From assembly GCA_038087875.1 (NCBI GenBank), contig CM075980.1, positions 27,714,001-27,778,000 of the forward strand: a stretch of 64,000 nt of DNA. Direction: 5' to 3'. The notes below the pieces were generated by a model. That model did not search any database and was not told the DNA's origin. It saw nothing but the letters and a program-made list of their open reading frames with translations. Source of the DNA: Malacoraja senta. Taxonomy: Eukaryota. This document shows, in pieces, positions 11,912 through 24,967 of the stretch; positions within the stretch are counted from its first letter, which is position 1; each line of letters opens with the position of its first letter. The translations under genes were made by a program, and so were the position numbers.

Positions 11912-14367
11912 AAGAAAATACTTAGTGCCAGAATTTCCCCAAGTAAATATTCTCCATATTTGTATATATCATATATCAAAATCACATTTGCACATCACAT
12001 ATTGATATGGTTACAAATTCGCAGATATAAAAGGTTGACTTGAATAATCAAGTATTTTTAATTTCTCCTATTTATTTCAAGCCAAAGAACATTTTAAATA
12101 TTTCATCTCCTTAAATTTAGTAAGGAAGGTTCTGTCAACTCGGGGGAAATTAATAAATCATTGACAGTTAATCCATCAGCAAAAAGATTTAAATGCACCT
12201 CCATCTGTGGCTTTACGATAAAATGCAGTCACGCAAAGCAAAAAGCAGTTACATTATTCTTGAGCTAAAAAATTCTGACTCTTTCTGCATGCAAAGCACA
12301 TCCTGCACAACAAAAGCTATTATCAGTGAACTGCAGCCTTCACTAAGCATTCCCCTGAAGTTCATTATCACAGGGCCTGGGTCTCGGCACAGTAAGATAA
12401 TAGCTCCCTGGTGACTAGTAGCCAGATTGGCATTGCTGCTTTCATTCTCAAAGCTCAAGGCTCACCTCCCCCAAAGGCCACTGTTGCAGCCTTATACATG
12501 GTATGAAAAAAACATGGAAGTTCAAAACGAGTCATGTCCTTGAAGAAGAAAGAAGAGTGCTGGGTTTAGTATTAGCCTGCCAGGAATACAATACAATCAT
12601 ATGTAGGACTTGTGGAGTATGCATGATGTTGTATTGGACAACATACACGATTTTCTCCCCCTCATATTCTTTCAGGTGTTTACAAAAGGTATTCTTTTGG
12701 ATGCTTCTGGGTTTCTTAACAAAGGCAGTGTTTTCTTAACATCGTACTTATTTTACAAATGCTTTAATATTACATGCTTTCATGAGTGGATGTAGCAGCT
12801 GAAATTGAAACACCAGAAAGCTAAAGTAGGATTAAAAGGAAAAAAGAAAAGGTTAAAAGTTACAGTGGCATATCCTTATGGACTTGGTTATACACATTCC
12901 ATTACAAATAGTTTTTTTTATTACAAATTCCTCCAGAAATTGATAAAGAATGTAAAATTTCAATCCAAGAGAAAAACATTCCAGGTGCTGGAAATCTAAA
13001 ATTAAAATGCAAAAGGCTGGGAATACTCCAGAGACCAGGCAGCACCACTGACTCAGTTCCTCTCCCTACAGGTGCATTTGGATTTCATCTCATTTGAACC
13101 CTACGAGATGTAAATGCATGTATTTTATCACTATATTTATTTTTGTTTAACTTCTGATTCTATCTGAAAAGAGTAAAATAAATGCAAAAAAGTTATATGC
13201 CATAATACCTACTTGGGATGAGATACGAGAATGTTAAATATAATTGTTTTCCATTGAACAATTCAAAAAGACGAAGGTCCTTTTCGTGGTTAATAGTGCA
13301 ATTAAAAGCATATTTAACTCAAAATTACATTTGATCATGCAAATTATTGTGCTTTTTTTCTTAAAATAACTCATTACTCCAAACATAAAATTTGCCTGGT
13401 AGTGAAAAGAAAGTATCTATTTCTTGGCAAATCTTTCCTAAGGTTTTCTACGTGAGCCAAAATATATCAAAGTATTGGCAAATGCATTTCTTGCAGCTGA
13501 ACTTATGGTATAGTATGTTTGACTGAATTTCTCATTTACTCAATATTAATCAATATAGGCACAATTACAGTGATCTTTTGCTAATTACACCAGATCATGG
13601 AAGCACAATTAAAAAATTAAATAATGAGAAGATCGTTAAAAAAGTGTGCAAAGTATCATCATCAGCAATGGCTGCATTGACTGGGTAATAGAACTCTGAG
13701 CAAAACATTAGCTGGATCCAAAACAAATCATTTACAAGTGTGTCCTCAATGTTATCCAATTACCATGAACTAAGAAATGATTGGTTTTAAAGGAAGAATG
13801 CTAGGTGAACATTAAAATGCAATCTTAACATCGAACGTATACAAAAATAAATGCAGAGGTACAAATGTTAGTATGGTTTAAAAACATTTGCTTAATTCCT
13901 GTTGCTTTAAAATCAGCTTTTGTACAAGTTTATTTTACCTGATCATTGTATTAATATAAATTATAGTGAGCATCAGAATGTGACCGATTCTAATTATTCC
14001 ATTGATGCAGTTGCTTACTACATGTAACTGAATTATCATTTTTTAAATGTTTATATATTACAAACTGCTGAAATTGTGGTACTGCAAAATGTCTCAAATT
14101 AAAATATTTAAAAAAATGAAAAATCAATCTGTTGTGATAAACAAAATATACATGGTAAATATGAGATAAAACATTACCTAAATTTATTTTACCAATGAAG
14201 CGGGCTGTATAATTAATTACCAAGCCACAAGGAAGTTCTGTAGCAACTGTTTAGAAATTAATAAAGTTGGACTTCATTGATAGGAACTGTTAAGCAAGTT
14301 AATGGGCATATGCCCAAGTACAGTGGGATATCGGTACAATGAAAATCTTGTTTGTAACTGCATCACT

Positions 14368-15113
14368 AGGGGCGCTGCATTGATGGCAGCCTCTGCCTAC
14401 AGTCTGTCAGTTTTTTCAATCTTTTTTTAAATTTTAGTCTGTCTTAACAGTTTGTTTTGGAGGTTTCTTTCGTTTTTCTATGTGGGGGAGGGTGGTAGGG
14501 TAAGGGGGAAACCGTTTCCCAGTCACTTCCTGGCGAGGATGCGACTATTTCCCTCGCGGCCTACCAAATAGATTAACCATATAACCATTGACGCGGCCTT
14601 TCCTGACGGGAACCGGATCAGAGCTTCAGCAGCGGCGGCACAGCGCTGGATCCATCGCGGAGCGGGCGATGCCTACCTGGATCGCTGTTTGAAGCTCCGG
14701 AGTGTTGGGCCTGCTGCTTCAACATCGCGGTGCTGTGATTCGTGGGGCTTCCTGCACGGGCGGCGCTGACTTCGGTAGGAAGTGGCCGATTCGGAGCTCC
14801 AAGCTGCTGAGGTTGTTCTCCCGGTCCGACGTCGGAGTTCCATCATCCTGGCAAGCGGGCCTGAACATCGGGCCACCCGTAGCGGAGACTGCGGAGGGCT
14901 CGGGAGGCCCCGACCATGGGTAAACATCAAAGATCACTGAACTTTTTGTGCCTTCCCTCAGAGTGGGAAACTTGGATTCTGCTGTGTGGGGATGTTTTAT
15001 GTTGGAGTCTATCATGTGTTGTGTTCTTTTTTTATTCCTCTGGCTGTATGGTGACCACACATTACACTGGACCAATTGGTATATGTGACAAATAAATGTA
15101 TCTTGTATCTTGT
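14368..15113 (+). mobile_element. GC/CpG-rich non-autonomous retroposon with a Rex1-like tail
   Basis: Ends gtgacaaataaat(gtatctt)n; flanks gcatcac/gtatcac resemble a TSD; related 3' end at ~18010-18185 (-); duplicate at 58134-58879. Confidence 0.6.
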
Positions 15114-15505
15114 ATCACAGGCAGACTCAGACAATACCCAGATATAAGCTATATAAGACAGTGAGAAGGAAAAAGACTGTAAAAACAAGATTAGTGAAAA
15201 GCATAAACTGGATAATACAGCACTTTTTTGCCTATCCTTAATCACACTCAAACTGATGAAGCAGCAGTCAACTGCATCTGGAATCACATAAAGGCAAGAC
15301 CAGGAAAGGACAGGATTCTTTCACTAAAGAACATGTGAACAAGATGCGTTTCAATAAGTTTTCAGAAGCTTTGTGCTCATCATTCCTGGCAATAGATTTT
15401 TAAAAGAAAATTCCAAATATACTGAAATAATAGAATGTAAACTCCACGACAATCTAGCTGATTGTCCATGTTAGCACATTCCATGTTGAGATACTCACAA
15501 TGTCA

Positions 15506-16185
15506 TCTATACATAACTAAACCTCTGATCTTGTTATCTTCTGGTTGCGCGATCATTCTAATTGCACAAAAACGTTACCCGATAGCGCTACGATTTTTCG
15601 CCAGCTTACTCAGCGTTCTCCTGCGCTGCAATTGCACCAAGTTTCGTTCCGATCGGTGGTCCAATGTAAGCTTTAGCGAGGTTTAAAAATCGTAAAAAAA
15701 CGTGCAATCGCAGGTCGATCTCCTCTCCTGCCGTTCAGCGGCGCGTGGATTGGACTTTTCTCCTGTCACTCCGCGGGACGGTCCACCCCTTCCTGCGCCA
15801 TCGCATCTGTACTAGAGCGGTGGATGGCCGGCGGAGATTTCCAACCGGACACAATTTTCGGAGAGACTGTAAACGGCCCGGCCCGGGAAATGTCGGCAAA
15901 CGGAAAGCAGAGAATCTGATCTCGACGGAGAACGGCCAGCGACCAGCGGACCAGCGACCGCTGTGAGTCCGCTCCAGCCCCTTTCCCTCTGTGGCGTCAC
16001 AGCGGGAACCCGGCAGCCGCGCCTGCGCAGTTAGGGGCTATGGGTGAGAGGTGGAATAATGCATTGAGGGAATGGGTTGCGTTGGGGGAACGGGTGAGTG
16101 GTGGAATATTGCTTTGGGGAATGGGTTGCGTTGGGGGACCAGGCCTCCCGTGTGACTCGGACCCAACAGGTCCCACTTAGTCTAG
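15506..16185 (+). mobile_element. Non-autonomous Helitron-like element (680 bp)
   Basis: A|TCTATACATAACTAAA 5' end, GGACC-caaca-GGTCC hairpin at 16159-16173, CTAG|T 3' end, no TSD; duplicate at 59272-59951. Confidence 0.82.
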
Positions 16186-18469
16186 TATCTTTTTAAAATA
16201 TATATTTATAAGAACAGCCATATGAGCTCTAAAACAAGGACATAAATTCAAAACTCAATCTGTTGGCATCTTTTCAACCTATCAAAACTAAATCTACAAG
16301 ACTTACTTTAAAGAATATTATTAACACAGCAACTGTTTTGTTCTACCTCTTGGTCAACTAACAACACTGTCATGTTTTTTTTTTTCTGATAGTACTCCTG
16401 TGCAGCACGGTGCAAAATTTTAAGATATAACAAATACCACATAAAAGGAAGTTGCTGTTGCAACGATCCAAATAATTTCATAGAAGATTAAATCAGGAGA
16501 ATAACTGATAGTGACAGAGTCCTAAAAAGAAAATATTATTATGGCAAAGGTGATCATAAACCTACTCAAACCAGAGGGAGAGATTTCAAAGAAGAGGGGT
16601 GCCAGGAAGTAATTCCACGCTCCAGAGCCTTGGCAGATGTGAGCATGGCTGCTAATCATGCAGCAAAGCAAATCAAGATGACCCAAAAGCATAATGTGCA
16701 AAACAATATTGTTATTTGCGAGAGGTTAGAGAGCTCCTTTGAGAAAGATGAAACTGAAATTAATCTAATTCTCCTGGTCCAGGTGAGAAAAGTGTGCATC
16801 ATGAATAATGCTTTGGTCTGCTATGGACCTGCCCCTTTCATTCCAATTGTGCAGGTACTGGTGCCAGAATAATTGATGATAATTTGTTTCTATTTTCATT
16901 TTGTATTGATAGGCAAATGTTCTGTGGATTAACTGAAGAGGACTGTATGCCATTGAAAGTTCCAGAGAGTAATGAGAAAGTCATCACAATTATATCTGTG
17001 TGCTCACTGATATTGTAGGAATTCGTAGTTTCTAGATTTCTTTGTAAATTAACAAAATTAAACTTTTAAATTTGACTTAATGAAAGATCTACATCATCTG
17101 TGCAAGATAAATTACATACTTTGCATCAACCTTTTGTACTGTGGGGTGTATACATTGAATAAATATTTCAATTTAAACTTCTAGTCAGCTGCAAATCACT
17201 AATGGATTTAATGCACAATTATACAGACAAGCTCTTATTTCAAAGGGAACCTGGATTATCATCTGTGGACAAAACTCAGAAATTACATTTCAAATGCAAA
17301 ACATTGTAGTCACCTTGCTTCGTTTTTGAAATTTTAAAAATTATGGCTATTGGGAACCACCATCAATATTAAACAATTTTCTTTTTGAAACCTAGTTCAT
17401 TAGGCTTCAAATAACCTTTGAGCTTCAAGTCATTAACTTTCAAAATAGTAAAATCTGGTCATTTTTGATTTAGCAATATTTTTATGTGAAGTGATATGAT
17501 CTATTCCAAAGTTATGTCAGCAATTATGAAAGCTTTAAAGCTTGACTCATTTACCTTCTGCACTAAAGTACGATTAAATACAGACATTCAAGTAAATAGA
17601 TTTGTAACAATTACATAATTTACACTATATTGAAACCAGACAATTTGCTTTAAAATAAGTTTACAAAATGTAATGATATATACCCCTATGATTTTTGACA
17701 CAATTATGCTAATTGTGAACACTGAACTTTCTGCCCAAACATAAGTAAGAGTTTTCTGTGTGAAAAAATTAATACAAGCATGTATTGACAGAAATCTTGT
17801 TTTGAATTAATTATCTTAATACATAGTCCTCCTTGGGTTATGGTTGGGTTCCGTTATTGAGAACTATTAGTATCCCAAACAGTTCACGTTAAAAGTGTGG
17901 CCAAGAAACGAGTTCACACATGGTAGAAGATGCCTATAGGAACCAGCAAAATCCATTCCACCTGTCTCCATTCTACCTGTCTCTTGTTCATACGTACAAA
18001 CTGTGTACTGGAATGGAATGGAATGCTATTTATTGTCATTCAAACCTAGGTTTGAATGAAATTGCATTTACTACAGTTTTTTACATTACAAAAAACCCAA
18101 GACCCACACTTAACACAGTTTACATAAACATCCATCACAGTGAGTCTCCAACACCTCCTCACTGTGATTGAAGGCAAAGTCTTTCAGAAATTGGGTAGGA
18201 CCTGCTTAATGCTGGCAGGATTTTGTTGGTTAATGCCAACAAATACAGTTCCAAATGGCAAGTGAAGTGCAAAAATCCTGAACTTTAAAGAGATAATGGG
18301 CACGGTGTCAGTCAGGGCACATCACCTGGTGCAGAGCTCAAATTTGCCAACATCAGGCTGAAGGAAAGTGTTAAAGAAGGAACTGCAGATGCTGGAAAAT
18401 CGAAGGTACACAAAAATGCTGGAGAAACTCAGCGGGTGCAGCAGCATCTATGGAGCGAAGGAAACAGGC

Positions 18470-18497
18470 AACGTTTCGGGCCGAAACCCTTCTTCAG
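18470..18497 (-). ncRNA. Minimal hammerhead-like core inside a Penelope-end insert (~18371-18530)
   Basis: CTGAAGA A GGGT TTCG GCCC GAAAC GTT; duplicate at 62236-62263. Confidence 0.6.
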
Positions 18498-19585
18498 ACT
18501 GATAGGGGGTGGGGAGAAGAAAGGAAAAAAGGTAGTGGAAGTGGCTCTCAGAACCTCCAGGTTGTTTAAAGTGTATACTTAATCGTGCTTTGAGTGATTG
18601 CAGCTACTTCAATTAATCAACAAATTAAAGTATAACACATTTAATCTATTTCAGATATATCTGTGTTAAATATTCCTAAATGTCAGAGACCTTTAAAACC
18701 TACTTGCAAAATTATGGCAGATGCCACCATTCATAGATTCGTTTGGCAGGCTCTCTCACTACCAACATTCATGCAAAGTTATTTTTAAGTCCAGGATGCT
18801 TGTGGGCCAACAAGATACATCCACTGCATCTGCACCAGGTAAGTTCAGGTTTGGGACATCTATATAGGCTGTGATTGCAGACAGCGGTTCAAAGCTGCAA
18901 AATCTATCACACTAATCTATGTCCAAGAAATTTATCCCTGGCAACGTCATTACTGTTCAAACTAGAACCATGCAAAAGTATTTTAGGTGAAAAATGGAAA
19001 AGGAGAAGGCAGAGTTTAGACATTCAAAGGGCAGAGAGACAAGGCAAGGGAAGAACACTGCTTGGAGAATTGTGAGCTGATGGGAAATGACGCAGTTGCA
19101 AAACCAATGGAGCCACTGCCCCCTAATATGAAAAACTGGGGTACAATCTTGGCCTAGAATGCTGACTCCATTCTGCCTGTAATCACATGGCGTCCTCTGG
19201 ATACTCTGGTTTTCTCTTGCATGCCAAAGTTGCTCGGTTTGGTAAATGAATGAGCTACTGTAAATAAGGTAGAATCTGAGGAAAGTTGAAGAGAACGTGG
19301 AGAGAATAATGGAATTAATATAAAACCAGAGTAAAAGGATGGTTGATAGTCGATGCAGACTTTAAAGTTAGAAAAGGTGATTGAGAAAAAGGCAAGAGGG
19401 AAAAAATGTGAAAGAGAAAGGCAATAGACTGAAAAACAGAGAAATGTATGAGAAAAGAGTGAATAAAGTGAAATAAGTGGAAGGATAGAGACCACATTTC
19501 TACCCCCACCTGGACTTTACGAGGTGACTAGTTTTATAGATATTCACAAGCAACTTGTGAACATCCCATAATTTTTCTTAGCTAC

Positions 19586-19670
19586 CTTTATCACTTTGCT
19601 TCTTTTCTGCGACTGGAGTAGAGAACACATCCATCGGGGCCCATTCCAGATAAAGAGGAACATGCTGGAA
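19586..19670 (-). CDS. RBM19: RBM19 internal exon: FQHVPLYLEWAPMDVFSTPVAEKKQSDK
   Basis: ttag acceptor; PLYLEWAP motif; donor G|gtagct is weak but gives phase 1, matching the next exon. Confidence 0.9.
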
Positions 19671-21610
19671 CTAAGTATAAAAAACAAATATTTTTGAGAG
19701 GCATTTTACATGAGCAGCGTTAAATAAACCAAACTTTAATGACAAGGTGAACCCTTTGCTGTGGTAGTATTTTCGGAAAAAAATTAAAAATGTTTCCTTA
19801 GTAAGCAAAATACAAAATATTTTAAGGCTTACATGCCAAGGTAGCAAATACCATAATAACAAAATTATAAATGGTGCATGGGAACTTATCATTTTGCTAT
19901 TAGCAAGAACAGCTGAATATATGAATGCTCTCGTATCTAGTCACCTGTCTGGAAATAAAGATTTTGATGATAATCAACAACTTTTAAAATATTGTATGCA
20001 CCAGTAAAATATTCTGGAGTGATGAAATGACAAATGTGAATTTAAATAATGCAGCACATGCAAGTGAAATCAATGCCTGGCTCAACTAGTTGTTGCTGCC
20101 GTTTATTTGCCTCACAGCTCGTCCCATTTTAGTAGCTCTACCACAGCCTTGAGTATCTTTCAATTTCCTTCTCTCTCATATATTTCTTCTTGAAAGTATT
20201 CAAAGCCATTCGCTTCAAACAGTCCCCGTGGTAATTGGTTCCACATTTTAAATACATAGAATTTTTTTTAATTTGTATTTCCCTCTGGACTTAGTAGGGT
20301 CTATCCTATAATTGCAGTTCCTAGTTTTGGATTCTCCCTTAAGTGGAAAGATTCCACAAATACCTGCCCAACCCATTATTATTTTACAGATCTCGATTAT
20401 GTCATTCTAAGTCTTACCTTATTTTTCTCCTGAAGGAAATATCCAAATCTGTTAATATGTTTCACTGTGTTTTTGTAAATCATCTTTATAAATCGTATTT
20501 TACATTTTCTACACTGCTTGTGCTTTTTTTACATTCTACAGACCAAATATATGCATTCTCTCTGCAGCCTGACCACAATACCACACACGTTTAAAATTAC
20601 ATCCCTAGTTTTGAATTCTATACCCTACGATAAAAAAAATGTTTTGTCAGAATTTGTATTTACTCTGCTCATGTGCGGCTTTTAATGACTCGCTCACCTA
20701 CATCCCTTGACCCCATTGCACTTCCACGAGCTTTTTAAAATAATTTCCCAAGGTATAGCTGACGCCTATTTTCCCTACCAAAGTGCAACATCTGGCATTT
20801 ATTAATGTAAAAGTTAATTTGGCAGTTAACTGTTCAATCTGCAAGTTTCTAATGTCAGGCATAATGAATGGTGCATTCGTATTCCCTGTTAAGTATGGAT
20901 CACTAGCTTGGTATTATCTTTCTGATTCACAGTTGTTTCAAAGTACAAATCATTAAAGTCCATTAGATCAGTCCTCCCAGCACTGCCCATCATAGAAATC
21001 GGACGTACTGGTTCTCTAAACATGTCCTAATTTGTCATCAGTATCAAGATATACTTAATTATGTATTTTTTGAAATTATCCATCCACTGAATGATGATAG
21101 AAAACTAACCATTTCAGCAAACTAATTTTTTATTTCTTATTAACCAAACATTTAGGATAACTGTTAAACAAAATATCTTTTCTCTAGTCGTTTAGGAAAA
21201 AAGTGTTAATTTTAACACTTGTATTAAATAAAACACTATAGATGGCAACTTAAAGTTCTCCCTTGATCCATTCCTCTCAGTAGAATACATGACAATTTCA
21301 ATTCTAGTCTGAAAAAGGGTCTCGACCTGAAATGTCACCCATTCCTCTCCAGAGATGCTGCCTGTTATTCCAGCATTTTGTGTCCACCTAATTTCAATTC
21401 TAGCGTAGGAATAGAAAGAAGTTTTCAGTCATAAAACTGAAAAATTAGATTTATAACATAAATTAGGTTCATATCTTTCACCTGGTTTCTGTTATTTACT
21501 GACTGATATGAAAATTCTGCCAGGAACCTTCATCCCTCACTTGCAACCTTGCTTCGAAATAAGTAACAAAGACAAATTTCTATTTGTATTGATCCGTGCA
21601 AAGTGCATAC

Positions 21611-21811
21611 CTTAGAATAGGCAAGTTTTGTAAAAGCCTGCTTAGCCTCTGTAGGCTCAAGGAACTCCACAATAGCGCTCACTCCAGCTGGTGGAAGCAA
21701 AACCCGCCCAACGTCTCCGTATTTCTTGAATAGATTCTCCAATTCACCCACTTGGGTGTCTGCAGGAATATTCTTTACAAGGATAACTGTTTTACTTCTT
21801 GGTCCAGCAGC
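21611..21811 (-). CDS. RBM19: RBM19 internal exon (RRM4): AAGPRSKTVILVKNIPADTQVGELENLFKKYGDVGRVLLPPAGVSAIVEFLEPTEAKQAFTKLAYSK
   Basis: tag acceptor, gtatg donor, 201 nt, phase 0 to 0; overlaps track ORF 21530..21751. Confidence 0.96.
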
Positions 21812-23457
21812 CTACAGAGGTATAAATCGTAAATATCACAACCAAAAACAAAATTGCTTGCAACTTCATTTAAAAACGTTGGGTGAAAAACAGAAAATAT
21901 GTAGATAAAATCCAGTTTAGATAGCACCTGAGAGAAAGAATTAATGTTTCTGGTCTATGATCTTTCTTCTGGACGTGAAATGTGAGTAAACAAGTGTGTT
22001 TTTATACACTGCAAATGGATCGATTACAATTATGTATTGTCTTTCTGCTGACTGGTTATCATGCAACAAAAAGCTTTTCACTGTACCTCAGTACACGTGA
22101 CAATAAACTAAACTGAAACGGAAGAGGGAGAATCTAGGTAATGCCCGTGAAGGTATAAATTGAACTGATGGAAGAACTCAGCAGATCAAGCAGTCTCTAC
22201 AGAAGGGATGGTCAAAATCCTGAATCAACTCAGCATTCAGAAAGAGAGAAAAGTGGAAATTGTATGATTTTCCTGCCATGAAACATAATTAAAAATGATG
22301 AATTCACATGCCTGGGGCTATGCCCAATAGGTCTGAATAATCTCTGTTAACTCCATTAAACCTGTGGTGGAGCAAATGGGAGATCACACATGTGGACTTG
22401 TAATGTACCACACAAGACATTACGCCTCACCATTCTTCATCCGCATGACAATATATACACATCGTTGAGAGTGAGTTTTTTACACTTATATTTTGCGAAT
22501 TTACAATGAATATTCTGATTACACCAGAAGGCTATTATTTCATCATTGTTTTACTGGCTTTTACCAGATTCTAAACCTAACTTTTCATATTCCACATATC
22601 TTCCTCTGAATCAAATGTCTACTTACAATTACCTTCAATGAATGCCAAGGTATTCCCGTGAATTCCATAACAATTCAAAGTATTTTTTCTCAACTTCTTC
22701 TCGTCTTATTCATATTTACCTGATCAAAATCCTACTTTTCTTTTAAAAAATAGCCTCAATTTATTAATTTAGCATTCCCTGTTCTGGAACAGTCACAGTT
22801 TCTCATCCCAAATTTTATCCTGCTGAATCTACAATATAAAATCTCAAAAACCCTTAGCATGATTGTAATACAAAACCCCCCATAAGTTAAACATTCACAT
22901 CGTTTAGCAAATTGTTGTCAACATACAAAAACTCTTCTACAGTAAATTCACCTTTATGAAATCTAGAATGTTAATCCTGGAATGATTGTACATAATTTAA
23001 AATGTCAGTGTTTTTTTTCAATTGTTATTTTCCCACAGTAAATACACACAATAAAGAATACCAGGAAAAAATATACCTAGCAAGTGAAGCAATTTGTATT
23101 GATTTTAAAAGTTTGAACAAGGTCAGAAATACAAAAATAATTAAAATTCAATTAAAAAAAATTACAATTCAATTTTTAAAAAATCCTTAGATTTGCAAGC
23201 ACATCCTATTGAGAAAAAAATGTGGTCTATCCATTTTCCTTGAAATAGAAATAATTAAATTGTCAAATGAAGAATGGCTTAAAATTTCTGTAGTCTTTTT
23301 CAGCAATGAAAACATACGTGGGCTGCTGGACAAGAGATTACCACATGCCTTGTCAACAATGCAACAAATACATTAATGTTACTGCATTAATGCATTAAAC
23401 AACATAGTGCATTAATTAACGGTGTCCAAGGCGTCAGCTGCATTTGGATTGTCTTAC

Positions 23458-23568
23458 CTGACTGAATGAATCCAAGCTAACTCCATTATCAACCAAGAAT
23501 TGCCTGGTTTCTTGAACAATCTGTGTCTCACCGAGCGCCATACGGACGGCAACACTGCCTTTTCCTTC
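23458..23568 (-). CDS. RBM19: RBM19 internal exon: EGKGSVAVRMALGETQIVQETRQFLVDNGVSLDSFSQ
   Basis: ttttgaag acceptor, gtaag donor, 111 nt, phase 0 to 0; AVRxALGETQ motif. Confidence 0.95.
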
Positions 23569-24385
23569 CTTCAAAACATGAAAAGCAGTTTAAATTATTA
23601 GAGTACATGAATAAAAAGCAGGCTAGGACCATTTGCCATTCAATAAAATTATAGCTGATTGTCAATGGCCTCAATGAAACTAACCTGCTTGCTTTCTTTA
23701 ACCTTGTGACTTCACCATAGTTGAGAACTCTATCTCAATTTTGAATATATTTTAAAAGGTGGCCTCACAACATCAAAACGCCAAAGATTCATGATTCTAT
23801 GAGACGAGATTCCTCCTCATCTCATATCTCCTGTGTCATACTTAATATTTCAAGTTGATGACTATTTATTAACTGTAGAGTTGTCCACCATAAATTTTAA
23901 CTGTCTCTTTCCACAAATGCCAACTGAACTGCTGAACATTTCCAGCATTTTCTTTTTTCCAGGTTTTAAGCCCTTGCAGTTTTTTTTCCTTTCAGTTAAA
24001 TGGCAACCCATTTTTATGAACCACAGTCCCATAATTCTAGTATCTTGTATTTTAATTCTTCTAAAATGATCATGAATCAAACCTGCTCAACCTTTCCTCA
24101 TAAGACAATATTTTCATTCCAGGAATCACCGTAATGAATCTTCTCTGAATTGCTTCCAGTGGAGGTATAACCCGCAATAGATAACAACCCGAAAACATCG
24201 TACTCACTAATGCACGTTATTAGTACTTCTATTTTCCAGCCCCTTTGGTCAGCTGATTGTTTCCTCATTGGCATACTCTTGGGGCCATGGATGAACCCCC
24301 CCCCCACCAACATACCAGGATCAATTTTTGGTCACGGGTGGGGCAAGTGGTACCTCAAAGGATAAGTGTGTGGGTTCTTTGTCAT

Positions 24386-24536
24386 AGGTAGACAAAAATG
24401 CTGGAGAAACTCAGCAGGTGAGGCAGCATCTATGGAGCGAAGGAAATAGGCAACGTTTCGGGCTGAAACCCTTCTTCAGACTGATGTCAATAGGCAACGT
24501 TTCGGGCCGAAAACCCTTCTTCAGACTGATGTGAGA
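24386..24536 (-). mobile_element. 151-bp Penelope-end insert with two tandem minimal hammerhead cores
   Basis: 9-bp TSD CTTTGTCAT at 24377-24385 and 24537-24545; 44-bp tandem unit. Confidence 0.8.
24452..24524 (-). ncRNA. Tandem minimal hammerhead-ribozyme-like motifs
   Basis: Twice CUGAAGA-A-GGG(U)UUUCRGCCC-GAAAC-GUU on the minus strand; stem I weak; activity untested. Confidence 0.6.
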
Positions 24537-24865
24537 CTTTGTCATGTTGTGTTCTCCTCCTGTTGATTGCACTTGCTTTCCACATATGCCCGTTGTAGAG
24601 ACTTGAAAACCTAAATGCATTCCCAAATGGTGCTTCTCCTATTTGAAATGTCACTGGCCAAGGATCTTTGAGTTAGTAAGCATGTTATTTTTTTCAGTGA
24701 CTTGTAAACATCCTTGAAGCATTTTGACTTCCTGAAATCACTTGCCATAGTAAGACTTGAAAGCAAGTCCTGGTTTTGGTAATCTAGTATCAGAATATGG
24801 ATGACAGACACAAAGTGCTAGAGTCACTCAGCAGGTCAGGCAGCAACTCTGGAGAAAAAGGATGG

Positions 24866-24892
24866 GACGTTTCGGTCGGGACCGTTCTTCAG
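24866..24892 (-). ncRNA. Minimal hammerhead-like core in an inverted Penelope terminal-repeat pair
   Basis: CTGAAGA AC GGT CCCG ACC GAAAC GTC with a GUC cleavage triplet. Confidence 0.55.
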
Positions 24893-24967
24893 ACTCGAAA
24901 GAAGGGTCCCAACACAATACATCACCAATCCTTTTTCTCCAGTGATGCTGCCTGACCGGTTGAGTTA

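Larger units (their letters stand above)
1..20234 (+). repeat. Copy 1 of a near-identical direct duplication of at least 20.2 kb
   Basis: Matches 43781-64000; offsets 43780, 43770, 43766. Confidence 0.99.

Noticed and set aside
21092-21180. ATGATGA box C as an intronic snoRNA (also near 30894)
   Set aside because: No suitably placed CTGA box D or terminal stem.
24445-24532. Direct repeats as a CRISPR-like array
   Set aside because: Only two adjacent units, no spacers, no cas genes, eukaryotic context.
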